This document shows positions 18,231 through 28,459 of a stretch of 64,000 nucleotides of DNA, one piece after another. A program made the position numbers and the translations under genes. Positions within the stretch are counted from its first letter, which is position 1, and every line of letters starts with the position of its first letter. The stretch is from an uncultured bacterium. GTDB lineage: Bacteria; Patescibacteriota; Minisyncoccia; UBA6257; 2-01-FULL-56-20. The notes beneath the pieces were generated by a model, which had not been told where the DNA came from, did not search any database, and saw only the letters and a list, made by a program, of their open reading frames with translations. Location of the stretch: the NCBI GenBank assembly GCA_963705915.1, contig OY970126.1, positions 10,035 to 74,034 of the forward strand. The letters are read 5' to 3'.

Positions 18231-19436
18231 TTATAAGGAACGGCTGATCTTCCACCACATTTTGCGGAATATTCTGCGAAAATAGAGATGATCAATCAAA
18301 ATGATATTTTTTAATATCCTCTCTTTCCCGTTGTCATGAATATCGACTACGTTTTGAAGACCTCTCTCTATAGCTTTCTGCAATTCTGGATCGACTTTTT
18401 TTCTTTGTAGATCAGCTAAGTGATGTTTATAGGTAACTTCCGCACCGAATCCCGAGCCGGCGACTGCTTCGGTCACTAATTGGTAATCAAATGTATGCGG
18501 AAATGTTTTTGCTTCGTTCAATTTTCCAGCAATGCGAAGTTCTATCATTGTTCTTATGCACTTTTCACACTCTCCGCAGTTATATTCGCCTTTGAGATTC
18601 ATATAGCAGACTCGCAAATATTCCAACGCAAGAGGGGATTTTGCAATTTGCCATTCAACTTTATCAAGTCGCGTAGCTTCAGCCCCGTCATGTTCGAATG
18701 ATATCTGTTCAGTATTCCAATTTTTATCGATCTCCGGGCTTGAGCCCCATTTCACGTTTTGGGCGCTACTGAATGTTGCAGCGATATAAATCTTTTTGAA
18801 TCCGTTGCGGAGGCACAAGCCAACTCCCGCAAGGAGCCCTCCATGTGTGAAACCCGCATCAAGTATCGGCTCTATGAGATATTGGAAATTTGACTCAACT
18901 TCAACAACTTCTACGCCAGCTTTTTCTGCAATCTTCTCTACGGTTTTTTTGGTTGCCTTCCATAAACTTTCATTATCGAGATCAATATCGTTGCCGTTCA
19001 TCAAGATGAAATGAGTAATACGATCCTTCTCGTCGTGTTGATGTTTTAAATAGGTATAAAAAGAATCAACTCCTCCTGAAAAGAAAGTTGCTACTTTTTT
19101 CGGGTTGCCAGTATCTTGCTTGATCTCTTGCGCCTGGATCTTAATACGATGTAATTTTATTTCCCAATCCCATCCCGCCATCATATCCATAATCCGATGC
19201 ATCCCATCATATAATTCTTTAGAAACAGACCCATCGATAATCAAATCTTCATTGCGGAACATTGATGGAATAAGTAGCGCTGCAGCAAACGGGCTTCCGT
19301 CGCATACAAGATCGTCTTTATATTTTTTGTTGAACTTAAAATAAAGAGTATCCCAGCCGACAGGACGAATTTTACAGTCGGCGGAGAGCGTTATACTGTT
19401 CGAATCTTCTTTTAAATGGATGTTTTTTACTCGCAT
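18231..19436 (-). CDS. PP-loop (adenine nucleotide alpha hydrolase-like) protein with Cys cluster
   Basis: FFSGGVDS and LRVC...NCGECEKC motifs; start at ATG 19436 is approximate. Confidence 0.7.
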   Translation of the reverse strand: MRVKNIHLKEDSNSITLSADCKIRPVGWDTLYFKFNKKYKDDLVCDGSPFAAALLIPSMFRNEDLIIDGSVSKELYDGMHRIMDMMAGWDWEIKLHRIKIQAQEIKQDTGNPKKVATFFSGGVDSFYTYLKHQHDEKDRITHFILMNGNDIDLDNESLWKATKKTVEKIAEKAGVEVVEVESNFQYLIEPILDAGFTHGGLLAGVGLCLRNGFKKIYIAATFSSAQNVKWGSSPEIDKNWNTEQISFEHDGAEATRLDKVEWQIAKSPLALEYLRVCYMNLKGEYNCGECEKCIRTMIELRIAGKLNEAKTFPHTFDYQLVTEAVAGSGFGAEVTYKHHLADLQRKKVDPELQKAIERGLQNVVDIHDNGKERILKNIILIDHLYFRRIFRKMWWKISRSL

Positions 19437-19486
19437 AGCATTTCCAGAAATCTTGTAATTTATATCAGAAAGTGTAGAATTTGGCA

Positions 19487-20752
19487 ATGTGGCAAAATTT
19501 AAAGAATCTGTACGGAGATAGCCTGTTCCGCAACTCTTTTTACTTAATGCTCAATGCCGGCGTTCAAGGAGCGATCGGCTTTTTCTTTTGGCTTATATGC
19601 GCGAGGATATTCACTCCTAGCGATGTTGGGTTAGCGACATCGCTAATTTCCGCAGCTAGCCTTATGTCTGTTTTCAGCATGTTGGGCTTCAATAATGTCA
19701 TCGTTCGTTTTTTACCGACGTCAGGACGAAAGAATGAACAACTCTCAACAGCATTCGTGCTTACGAGCATTGCGAGCATCATAGCAGGCGCAGCTTTTTT
19801 ATTGTGGGCATTTTCTACTCATAATCCTATTGTCCAAACCACCCACCCGCACCTCCTGTCAGTCATTTTCATGGTTTACGTTCTTTTCATAACGCTCAAC
19901 GCCGTTCTTGAGGCCGCTTTCATCGCCTACAGATCAACGGTATACATCCTCATTAAAAATGCGATTCTGAGTTCTTTAAAAATCGTCTTTATTTTTTTTG
20001 TGGTTAGCATAGGCTATATCGGAATCGTAAATTCAGTAACAGGTGCTACAGCGATTGCTTTCCTTCTTGGATATGCGTGGCTCATAAATAAATTTAAGTA
20101 TCGGCCGATGTTGGTCGTCGATAAGGAGACGATTAGTGAGACCAAGAACTTCGCCATCGGAAATTATTTCGGAACCCTATTCGGCGTTTTGCCGACGATG
20201 GCGTTGACGCTCATCGTCGTTTCCAGGCTCGGAGCGCAAGACGCAGCTTTCTTTTATATACCATCAGTAATGGTGACTTTGCTTGGCATCATTCCGAGCT
20301 CAGTTTCGCAATCATTATTTGCAGAGGTTTCGCATGATGAAAATGGCTTTGCAAAGTTTTTTAAGAATGCATTGCGAAATATGTTCACACTTTTAATACC
20401 CGCAGTCGTTATCATGGCGGTTTTTGGGAAATTTATCCTGCGCTTCTTCGGCGCTGGCTACGCTGAAGCAGGTGCTGTGCCCCTCGCTATTCTTGCTGGT
20501 GCAAGCCTTATCAATGCTGCGAATATTTTGGGTGATACATTACTGAATATCAAAAAGATGGCAAGTTTCTATCTTTTTATGAACATACTGAACGCCGTCA
20601 TGGTTGTCGTGCCTGCTTATTTTGCGGCTCCGTATGGTCTGGCTGCCGTTGCGTGGAGCGCCCTGTTTGGTCAGGCTGTCACCGCAATAATATATATCAT
20701 TATGAATTGGCACCTTCTCGCACACTTAGACGAGATTCGTATTCCGACATAG
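19487..20752 (+). CDS. Oligosaccharide flippase (Wzx/MATE-like)
   Basis: LFRNSFYLM..., GFFFW, about 12 TM segments. Confidence 0.85.
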   Translation: MWQNLKNLYGDSLFRNSFYLMLNAGVQGAIGFFFWLICARIFTPSDVGLATSLISAASLMSVFSMLGFNNVIVRFLPTSGRKNEQLSTAFVLTSIASIIAGAAFLLWAFSTHNPIVQTTHPHLLSVIFMVYVLFITLNAVLEAAFIAYRSTVYILIKNAILSSLKIVFIFFVVSIGYIGIVNSVTGATAIAFLLGYAWLINKFKYRPMLVVDKETISETKNFAIGNYFGTLFGVLPTMALTLIVVSRLGAQDAAFFYIPSVMVTLLGIIPSSVSQSLFAEVSHDENGFAKFFKNALRNMFTLLIPAVVIMAVFGKFILRFFGAGYAEAGAVPLAILAGASLINAANILGDTLLNIKKMASFYLFMNILNAVMVVVPAYFAAPYGLAAVAWSALFGQAVTAIIYIIMNWHLLAHLDEIRIPT

Positions 20753-22001
20753 ACGCTTCGTATGTTTGCCTAATGATTTGCGGGAGTTGATCGGCCTGTT
20801 GGACGTATGCTGGCAAAACGAGCATAAGGTGTTTTTGGTAAGCATCATGCTTGTTGATGAGCCCCTGGAAGAGAAGCTCCAATTTTTCGGAAGTCACATC
20901 CTCGATTTTTATAACCCATGTATCCAGCCCTAGGTCCTGCATGATGCCACTCGTTTTATGTTCGTATTCAATGGCAATTGCTGGAACATAACTTGTTATA
21001 GCGAAAATGACGGAATGAAATCGCGTTCCCACCATATAGTCCAGGCTGCCATACATCGCCTTGATAGTCGCATGATCATAGTGTTCCATTAGCACATGCG
21101 TTGACTCTTTATGGGCGATAGATTCGTAGATTTTTGCGCCAGCACTCCGGTCGTCATCTCCGTGATGTTCTGCGGTGACTTGGGGGATGAAAACAACTAC
21201 AGCATTATATTTTTCTATAATGTGATCAGCGAGTTTTGCGATGGATTGTTCGTAAGTCGTTTGCTTTTTACCATCGAGCCATTTTCGCGCTGTAATGCCC
21301 ACTAAAATTTGATCAGGTTGGACGTCAAATCTTTTCCGTAAATCAATTTTTGTATTACTCGAGAAAATAAATCCGCCATCGATAGATCGACGAGCATTTT
21401 TTGTTATCCCTAATGTTTTCAAGAGACGCAGTGAAACATCCTCGCGAACCAGTACGAGGCGCACTCTCTTCAAGGCAAATTTAGCGATCCCTTTTTGGAG
21501 CCAACCGTAAAAAGGACCGACTGACTGTGTATATAATATTGTCGGCTTGCCGATGATATGACTTACGATAAGAGGATGGACCGTGAGCGCCAAATTAATG
21601 GTACTTCCAAAGCCTGGGCCGCCTCGTATGTAGCCACCGCCGACGGGGATGATGAGATCGGTCTCTTTGTAGGCATCGGTGACTTTTCTAAGATATTTTG
21701 GAAGCGGAAAATCTTTTTTTGTTAGTTGATAGGTATAAGCCCATAAGATTGTGACGGTTGCTACAAAAAAAGAGTAGAGTAATTTTACTAGCCGATTTCC
21801 TTTGCGACTGGCCGTATAGTACATGAAGCTATTGCCGACAGGAATGTCTTCGAAGAGTTTTCCGTCCTCAATTTTATCCATGGTCAAAATTTTTATGTCA
21901 GGCGAATCAAAAGCAACCCGGATGTCGCGGATGAGTACGCTCAGCAATGCTGCATCGCCTTTGTTGTCCTCGGAATAGACGTGGGAAATAAGAATTTTCA
22001 T
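20700..22001 (-). CDS. Polysaccharide pyruvyl transferase (WcaK-like)
   Basis: NKGDAA, GGG, QSVGP, VRE..S, GTRFHS motifs. Confidence 0.9.
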   Translation of the reverse strand: MKILISHVYSEDNKGDAALLSVLIRDIRVAFDSPDIKILTMDKIEDGKLFEDIPVGNSFMYYTASRKGNRLVKLLYSFFVATVTILWAYTYQLTKKDFPLPKYLRKVTDAYKETDLIIPVGGGYIRGGPGFGSTINLALTVHPLIVSHIIGKPTILYTQSVGPFYGWLQKGIAKFALKRVRLVLVREDVSLRLLKTLGITKNARRSIDGGFIFSSNTKIDLRKRFDVQPDQILVGITARKWLDGKKQTTYEQSIAKLADHIIEKYNAVVVFIPQVTAEHHGDDDRSAGAKIYESIAHKESTHVLMEHYDHATIKAMYGSLDYMVGTRFHSVIFAITSYVPAIAIEYEHKTSGIMQDLGLDTWVIKIEDVTSEKLELLFQGLINKHDAYQKHLMLVLPAYVQQADQLPQIIRQTYEASMSEYESRLSVREGANS

Positions 22002-24370
22002 TATCGGTAGACTTCTGCGCCTCCATTGTTATAGATGAGATCTTTATTGTCAGAGAGGAACTGCAAAGGGTACGCATAATTCACAGGATCTGCGTTGTAG
22101 ACCACGGTTGCTCTTTGCCCAATTACCGTAGTTGGATTAAGGAACACGTATGCATCTTTTTGGATCACTCCAGGGAAAATGTCGGTGTCGGCGCCCAGGT
22201 CGGTGAGCGACGCAAATTTATTGTATTTTGTAGTTTGAATTTCAAGACGAACACCGTTTGAGTTCGATGAACTTGCATTTGCAGTTAGCCAGTCCACTCC
22301 ATAAACCTCTGTCGCTTGAATCAGGTAATTGTCATAATACGTTCCGGTATTACTCAAGTGCAGTACGGCAGGTGCGCCACCGATGAGATACGGCATAAAT
22401 GAGGTTGAGTAGAAAAAGAATATTACCGCCAAAGTAAACGAAAACGTTTCACCGGTAAGATATTTTTTCCCGCGTCTCACATACCTCGCGAGTGCCCTGA
22501 AGAGCGCGGCTGCTCCGAGTGCTATGATAGGCGCCATGATAAACATCGCCTGCTGCATAGCCCTATAAATTCCATACTCTGTTGAAAGTACCGGGAGGAT
22601 AATACATGCCAATATAAATATCAGGTAGAAGACCGACATTAGATAAATGTCCCCGTCGATATATTTAATTACGCCCTTGCGGAAAAGTACGTATAGCATT
22701 CCAATCGGAGCCAATATCTCCATGAGTTTTGCCAAAAGTTCCCCGAAGATGGTCATCGCTCCTAGGCCATCGATGCCGATATGTCCCAAAAATGTTCCGA
22801 CCGTTGTGACGGGCACGGTTTCGTCGTTCAACGCAACGAAAGGATATTGGCTGTATGACTGCACACTGTAATAATCTTGAGGATTGCTGTTTCTTATGGG
22901 GTCAACGTCGTTAAGGATATAGTCCTGCAATTCTTGGTTTTGGTTGGGCTTCGTGAACGACAGGAGGCTGGTTGCGTCAATTGACCGGTTGCCGCTTCCT
23001 CCAAAGCCGTTTTCTACCGCCGAGAATGTTTGACTGAAGACATAGGCGAGGTTTCCTCCTGTGTTTGTGATCACCTGCGTCCAAACAAAACTCAATACAA
23101 AGAGGATGACTACCATGAAGATAGTAATCTTTTCTCTTCGAGGAACAGTTCGCTCATCTATTATAAGCGCCGAATCTTTGGACCAATTTCTATTTTTCAA
23201 CCACGTAACAAATTTATTGTATAAAGGCCGCGAAATAACCAAGAGGCCGAAAATCGCGAGAATCGTATACGTAGTCGAATAATGAGATAATATAACGCCG
23301 ATGCCCATTAGCATGAACAATAATTTTCGCATGGATAGCTCCAAATTCGGATTGAAAATGAGATAAAGCATTAACCCATAGAAAAGGAATGCGACTTCTT
23401 GTCGGACCAAAAATGGCATATCTGTAAAGAATGTTGGAAAGGCAATAAAATAAATCGTGGCGAGCAGGGAGATTCTGCGGCTAGTCCAATTTCTCGCAAT
23501 GAGATAAACAAGAACCGGGCAGATTGCGAAAAAGATTTGGAAAAAGAATTTAAAAATATAAGGATCCGGAACATTCAGTAAGTTGAAAAATACGGTTGGT
23601 AAGATGGTGATGCTGAGACATGCATTGTAAGCGTCACGGTATGCGGCGATGTTCCAGAATCCGGCGTTCTTCGCCAATTCGAAAACTTTATATTCATTTT
23701 GTATATCGTGCCCAGTTATATACCAGCCTCGCATGCTCGTCATAAGAAGTAGCGAGAGCGCCATGAAGAATATGGCGGTCGGCGTTGTATTTTCGTCCGA
23801 TTCCTTCACGTGACTTAACAGAAGAATGAGATAAAGTCCCATGCTGCCAAGCATGACCATGGTTAAGATATTGCCCCCACCATCATTCAGGCTGATAGTT
23901 CCAAATATACTTAATATGACAAATACGATCGGGAAAAATGCAATAACGTAATCACGCAAATTATCAAAGAACCAACTACCTTTTACTTTTATATCTATCT
24001 CTTTTACGCGAAACCATGCGAAGGCAGCCAAAACGCCAACCAAAAGATAGAGTTCTATAAGCAGCGGCCCTTTATTAAGTGGCTGAGATATCCCCAAAAA
24101 TGGCAAGAAGGTATTTCCAAGAAGGGCCGTCAACATCAGTTCAAGAAGGCTGAAGCCGACTATAAGCGCTAGATAGCCCCAGAATGTGAGCCCCTTTATC
24201 TTTGCCAATACGACCGTTAAAAGGCCGGGAACAATCGTTAGGAATAAAAATCCGACAATATTTAAAAGTTGAAATTGATTAAAGTTGTAAGCTGACAAAG
24301 CGACGAAAAGCAACCACCAGGCAAGGATGGGTAGGAGTATCTTTTTTTGCGTAAGGTGAATGGTTCTCAT
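22001..24370 (-). CDS. DUF2206-like polytopic membrane protein (GT-C-like)
   Basis: Many TM segments; GWYITGHDIQNE, LVRQEVA, SHYSTTY, C-terminal LIYNNG. Confidence 0.75.
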   Translation of the reverse strand: MRTIHLTQKKILLPILAWWLLFVALSAYNFNQFQLLNIVGFLFLTIVPGLLTVVLAKIKGLTFWGYLALIVGFSLLELMLTALLGNTFLPFLGISQPLNKGPLLIELYLLVGVLAAFAWFRVKEIDIKVKGSWFFDNLRDYVIAFFPIVFVILSIFGTISLNDGGGNILTMVMLGSMGLYLILLLSHVKESDENTTPTAIFFMALSLLLMTSMRGWYITGHDIQNEYKVFELAKNAGFWNIAAYRDAYNACLSITILPTVFFNLLNVPDPYIFKFFFQIFFAICPVLVYLIARNWTSRRISLLATIYFIAFPTFFTDMPFLVRQEVAFLFYGLMLYLIFNPNLELSMRKLLFMLMGIGVILSHYSTTYTILAIFGLLVISRPLYNKFVTWLKNRNWSKDSALIIDERTVPRREKITIFMVVILFVLSFVWTQVITNTGGNLAYVFSQTFSAVENGFGGSGNRSIDATSLLSFTKPNQNQELQDYILNDVDPIRNSNPQDYYSVQSYSQYPFVALNDETVPVTTVGTFLGHIGIDGLGAMTIFGELLAKLMEILAPIGMLYVLFRKGVIKYIDGDIYLMSVFYLIFILACIILPVLSTEYGIYRAMQQAMFIMAPIIALGAAALFRALARYVRRGKKYLTGETFSFTLAVIFFFYSTSFMPYLIGGAPAVLHLSNTGTYYDNYLIQATEVYGVDWLTANASSSNSNGVRLEIQTTKYNKFASLTDLGADTDIFPGVIQKDAYVFLNPTTVIGQRATVVYNADPVNYAYPLQFLSDNKDLIYNNGGAEVYR

Positions 24371-26598
24371 TGTTCTATTTCTTTATAAACCATTTCAAGT
24401 TTTTGTATGAGTTTTTCCCATGAATATTGCTGAGCCTTTTGTAGGCTCTTTCTACGAAGTGCCTGTAACTCATCAGGATTTGAGGCTAAATTATCGATCG
24501 CTTTGGCAAACGTTTCTGGACTTGGATTCTTCACCAAAATGCCGACTCCGTCAACAAGTTCATGGATGCCGAGGACATCGGATCCACAAATCGGAAGGCC
24601 GGTTGCCATTGCCTCTAATAATACGAGAGGCATGCCTTCTCGATCAGAAGGAAGAACGAAAACATCAGCGTTCCTATAGGCGTCGAGTAATTTTTCGCCG
24701 TCTAGTCTTCCGGGGAATACGATATTCGTCAACTTAAAGTTGCTGACCATAAGTTCCAATTTTTGACGATCTTCTCCTTCGCCGACCATGGTAAGCGTTG
24801 CGTCGGATTTGATTAAAGACATTGCTTCAATCAATCGGTCAGGCCTTTTTTGAACCGAGAAACGTGCGACAAAAAGTAATCGTAACGGTTTCTCAAACGT
24901 ACGTTCTTCGTCGCCGATTTTTAGAAAGTTTTCCCCGACGCCATTGCTAATAAAATATATTTGATTGATCGGCTTTCCGTATCGTTCGTTGATGAGTTTG
25001 ACCTGATCAGGGGATAAAGTTATCACCGCCGATGCACCTCTTATAATAGTTGGCTGAATCCAGCGCTTCCATAGATCAAATATAAATCCTAATTTTCCAG
25101 ATCTTTCTACGTCCAAATGGAAATGCACAACATAAGGAACGTTTCTTATCTTTGCTGCAAGCCAAACCATCTCCGGCACATATGCTTGCGCAAGGTGCAG
25201 ATGGAAAATGGCTGGTTTGCGGACGCGAACCAATTGCCACAGCAAACCGGGCATGAATGCGGTGTGGGCAAATTCAAACGACCGCAAGCGCCTTACTGTC
25301 AGGTTTTTTTTGATTTCGACTGCTGGCAAATTTTTTGCATGCAAATTCGACGTGAGGACAATGACATTATAGCCATCGTTTGCCAATTGATTTGCTGTTT
25401 CTTCTGCGACACGTTCTAGCCCTCCCAAGAATGGGGGATAGTGTGCAGAGATATGCACAATCGTCGGCGATGCCAGCGTCTTGCAAAGTGTGTCATAAGA
25501 GCGAGCTCGAGAATTCCATTGAAAATCTTTTACCGCTTTGTCACGCCCGAGTTCGCCGAACTTGGCAGAACGATTTCCGGTCAACGTTTCAATGATATTT
25601 TCTGCAAGTGCCTCCGGGTTATTCGGTGGCACTAGAAATCCTGTTTTTCCATCATCGACGAGCGTCAATAAGCCGCCTACATTTGTTGCGACAACAGGCA
25701 ATCCGGACGACATTGCTTCCAAGACGACCATGCTGAAGCTTTCATTTGAAGAAGAAAGTATAAATGCAGTCGCTCTTTGATATTCTTCTGCAAGAATGCG
25801 TCCAGTTAGGCGTCCCTTAAAATGAACTACATTTCTAATGTCAAGATCTTCGGCAAGTTTTTCATATTCAGACTTCATATCGCCATCACCAACAACCTCC
25901 AATGTCAGTGATGGGATCTTTTTATGCACGATTTGTACGGCGTGCAAAAGGGTATCCAACCCCTTATATTTTTCAGATCGGTTCAACCCAGCGACAAAGA
26001 GAATTACTGGCGACAAGCTCTTTTTACCATTCGGCTTAAAAAATTCACTATCGACTCCCGGTGTTATTGTCGTGCTTTTCTCTAAGTAGTGATCTAGGAA
26101 ATTAAAACGCAGGAAATCTGAAGTGCAGACGATGCGATCGGCACGGTTTAAAAGCGTTTTAAGCAGGCCATGTTCATAGAGCCAAACAAAGATATCCGGA
26201 AGAAGTTTACCTTTCCGCATGCTGCCGGCGTGATACGTAACAATAATCGGGGTTTTTTCGGATACAGATGAAGTGACGTCACCGATGCCTGGAACTGGTG
26301 TGTGTATATTTATGACGCAGGGGTTTTCTTCCCTGAGGATTTTGCGTATTTTTCTACTCCACGAAAAAGAAAACGGTGTATTTGAGAATTTAAAGCTATA
26401 ACTTAAGCGATAAACAATAAGACCGTCCATTTCCTCTTTGATGTCGGTTTTTTGTTCTCCGGATGTGATAATGACAACTCGCCAGCCAAATTCCTTCAAT
26501 AGACGGATCGCGATTTCGTAAGCATATTTTTCAAGCCCGCCACCATAAGGAAGGAAATAAGGAGTCGTTATGACAATGGTTTTCTGGTCGGTCTTCAT
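24367..26598 (-). CDS. Tandem double GT4 glycosyltransferase
   Basis: Two GT-B domains (GGLE..., ESFSMVVLEAM and EGMPLVLLEAM). Confidence 0.92.
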   Translation of the reverse strand: MKTDQKTIVITTPYFLPYGGGLEKYAYEIAIRLLKEFGWRVVIITSGEQKTDIKEEMDGLIVYRLSYSFKFSNTPFSFSWSRKIRKILREENPCVINIHTPVPGIGDVTSSVSEKTPIIVTYHAGSMRKGKLLPDIFVWLYEHGLLKTLLNRADRIVCTSDFLRFNFLDHYLEKSTTITPGVDSEFFKPNGKKSLSPVILFVAGLNRSEKYKGLDTLLHAVQIVHKKIPSLTLEVVGDGDMKSEYEKLAEDLDIRNVVHFKGRLTGRILAEEYQRATAFILSSSNESFSMVVLEAMSSGLPVVATNVGGLLTLVDDGKTGFLVPPNNPEALAENIIETLTGNRSAKFGELGRDKAVKDFQWNSRARSYDTLCKTLASPTIVHISAHYPPFLGGLERVAEETANQLANDGYNVIVLTSNLHAKNLPAVEIKKNLTVRRLRSFEFAHTAFMPGLLWQLVRVRKPAIFHLHLAQAYVPEMVWLAAKIRNVPYVVHFHLDVERSGKLGFIFDLWKRWIQPTIIRGASAVITLSPDQVKLINERYGKPINQIYFISNGVGENFLKIGDEERTFEKPLRLLFVARFSVQKRPDRLIEAMSLIKSDATLTMVGEGEDRQKLELMVSNFKLTNIVFPGRLDGEKLLDAYRNADVFVLPSDREGMPLVLLEAMATGLPICGSDVLGIHELVDGVGILVKNPSPETFAKAIDNLASNPDELQALRRKSLQKAQQYSWEKLIQKLEMVYKEIEQ

Positions 26599-27293
26599 AT
26601 GAGTGAGCGATTTGTCACATAAGTGGCGTCGGAATCGTTGGCGATATACTTAAAAACGTTTTCGAGCCGCTCCCAATCATTATTCTTTTCAATTTCCCAA
26701 GAATGACCCCAGATATGAAAGACTCCCTTTTCGGTTTTAGCGCGATTAAAAAGATCGATTGCGAGGCCATCCCAATTGAAATAATATTTTAAAAATTTTC
26801 CATTGTGAGAATTTGAGAAAATTGGAGACACATCTGACCAGTGTCGGTAGGCATGTATTGTCGTTGGAAGAGCAAATGGATCGCTGCCAACACTAGTTGC
26901 AAAACGATCTACGGTGCGTCCAAGTGCGAAGCCAGCTTCCTTGACCATGAGTTTATGTTTATCTTCATAGTCGCCACCTGGATAACAAAAACTTGATATC
27001 TCGCGTCCAATGGTATCTTCTAGGTTCTTCTTTGAAAAAGCGATTTCTTCCTTGGCCTCGGCATCATCAATTTTTGATAACCTGGGATGGGTCATGGTAT
27101 GCGCGCCAATTTCAAAATCTTTTGAAAGTTCCACGATTTGATCTTTCCTAAGCCGTTGCTCGAAAGGGATCTCATGATCTGCTGGTGAAATATAAAAAGT
27201 ACCTGCCAAACTATATTTTTTTAACAGTGAGGCAAGTTTTAAGTCGAGGATATGTCCATCGTCCCAGCTCGTTGTAACCAGTATCTTTTTCAT
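26595..27293 (-). CDS. Polysaccharide deacetylase (CE4)
   Basis: TTSWDDG, GAHTMTHP, FCYPGG, WGHSWE. Confidence 0.92.
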   Translation of the reverse strand: MKKILVTTSWDDGHILDLKLASLLKKYSLAGTFYISPADHEIPFEQRLRKDQIVELSKDFEIGAHTMTHPRLSKIDDAEAKEEIAFSKKNLEDTIGREISSFCYPGGDYEDKHKLMVKEAGFALGRTVDRFATSVGSDPFALPTTIHAYRHWSDVSPIFSNSHNGKFLKYYFNWDGLAIDLFNRAKTEKGVFHIWGHSWEIEKNNDWERLENVFKYIANDSDATYVTNRSLI

Positions 27294-28453
27294 TAGCTTT
27301 TTTCTTCTATCGCTCTTTTGAATATCGACTCAGTCTTGGCTACGAGGCCATCCCAGCCAAATTCTTTTTCCGCACGGATCGCGCCAGCCTTACCCATTGC
27401 TTCCGCTAATTGCCGGTCGTTATGAAGTTTTTCGATCGCTTCTGCGAGGGCAGGAATATTTTTTGGTTCGACCAGCAGGCCAGTTATGCCATCCTGTATA
27501 GCCTGCGGTATTCCTCCTGCATGTGTGCCGATCACCGGCGTGCCGCAAGCATTCGCTTCGATGAGCACCATCCCAAAGCCCTCTGCGCTTGTCGTTGTCG
27601 GGAGAATAAGTACGTCTGCCCCGGCGTAATATTTTGGCAAATCATCATCACTTACATAGCCAGGCAGCACGATATCGGCAAAGCCCTCTTTCTTCGCATA
27701 TTCTTTATAATATTCTATTGCATCTCCACGGCCTACAGCGATGAGTTGGAGGTCGTAACCTTTCTTTTTGAGAAGAGATGCAGTCGAGATGAGAATGTCG
27801 AGACCTTTGTGAGCGTGCGTTTTGTCCATCTGTGAGACAAATAATATCGTATAGCAGTTCCGATAATTATTTTTGAGCCAAGACGCATCGGCTTCTCTAT
27901 TAAAAAGGTGAAGATCGACACCTGGAGGTACGATATCGATTGGTTTTGGAAGATTCTTAAGATACGGAGAGACGGCTGCATAATATGCTGATGTTGCAAT
28001 CACAGCGTCCGCTTTGCGGAGTGTTTTGTTTGCGCCGAACATATAAGTCATCTTCGCCAACGTTCCCGCGATGAATGTATCTTTTACTAGATCATTATGA
28101 TACGTGACGATAAAAGGAATTGATCCCCGCACTCGTTCTGCAAAGTCGCCCATGAAAGGCCACGGAAGATGAGCGTTGATGACATCTGGCTTTTCCGCCC
28201 GCAAGATTTTTTTAAATTCCTTTCTCCAGGAAATACTCACTGGCGTATTGGAAAGCCGCGCCGTCATTGGGAGTCGATATGTCTTAAGGCCGTTTACATC
28301 TTCTAAGATCGCATGAGAAACGCGCTCGTGATTGAGAGTTATAACCACAATATCGTGCCCGAGTCTTTTTAAACCTAGGGCGATCTGATAGGCGTAATTT
28401 GTTTGTCCGCCCGGCTTTGGGTAGAAATAGGGAACTATAAAGAGTATTTTCAT
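27293..28453 (-). CDS. GT4 glycosyltransferase
   Basis: HKGLD, EGFGMVLIEA. Confidence 0.92.
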   Translation of the reverse strand: MKILFIVPYFYPKPGGQTNYAYQIALGLKRLGHDIVVITLNHERVSHAILEDVNGLKTYRLPMTARLSNTPVSISWRKEFKKILRAEKPDVINAHLPWPFMGDFAERVRGSIPFIVTYHNDLVKDTFIAGTLAKMTYMFGANKTLRKADAVIATSAYYAAVSPYLKNLPKPIDIVPPGVDLHLFNREADASWLKNNYRNCYTILFVSQMDKTHAHKGLDILISTASLLKKKGYDLQLIAVGRGDAIEYYKEYAKKEGFADIVLPGYVSDDDLPKYYAGADVLILPTTTSAEGFGMVLIEANACGTPVIGTHAGGIPQAIQDGITGLLVEPKNIPALAEAIEKLHNDRQLAEAMGKAGAIRAEKEFGWDGLVAKTESIFKRAIEEKS

Positions 28454-28459
28454 GAAGAT

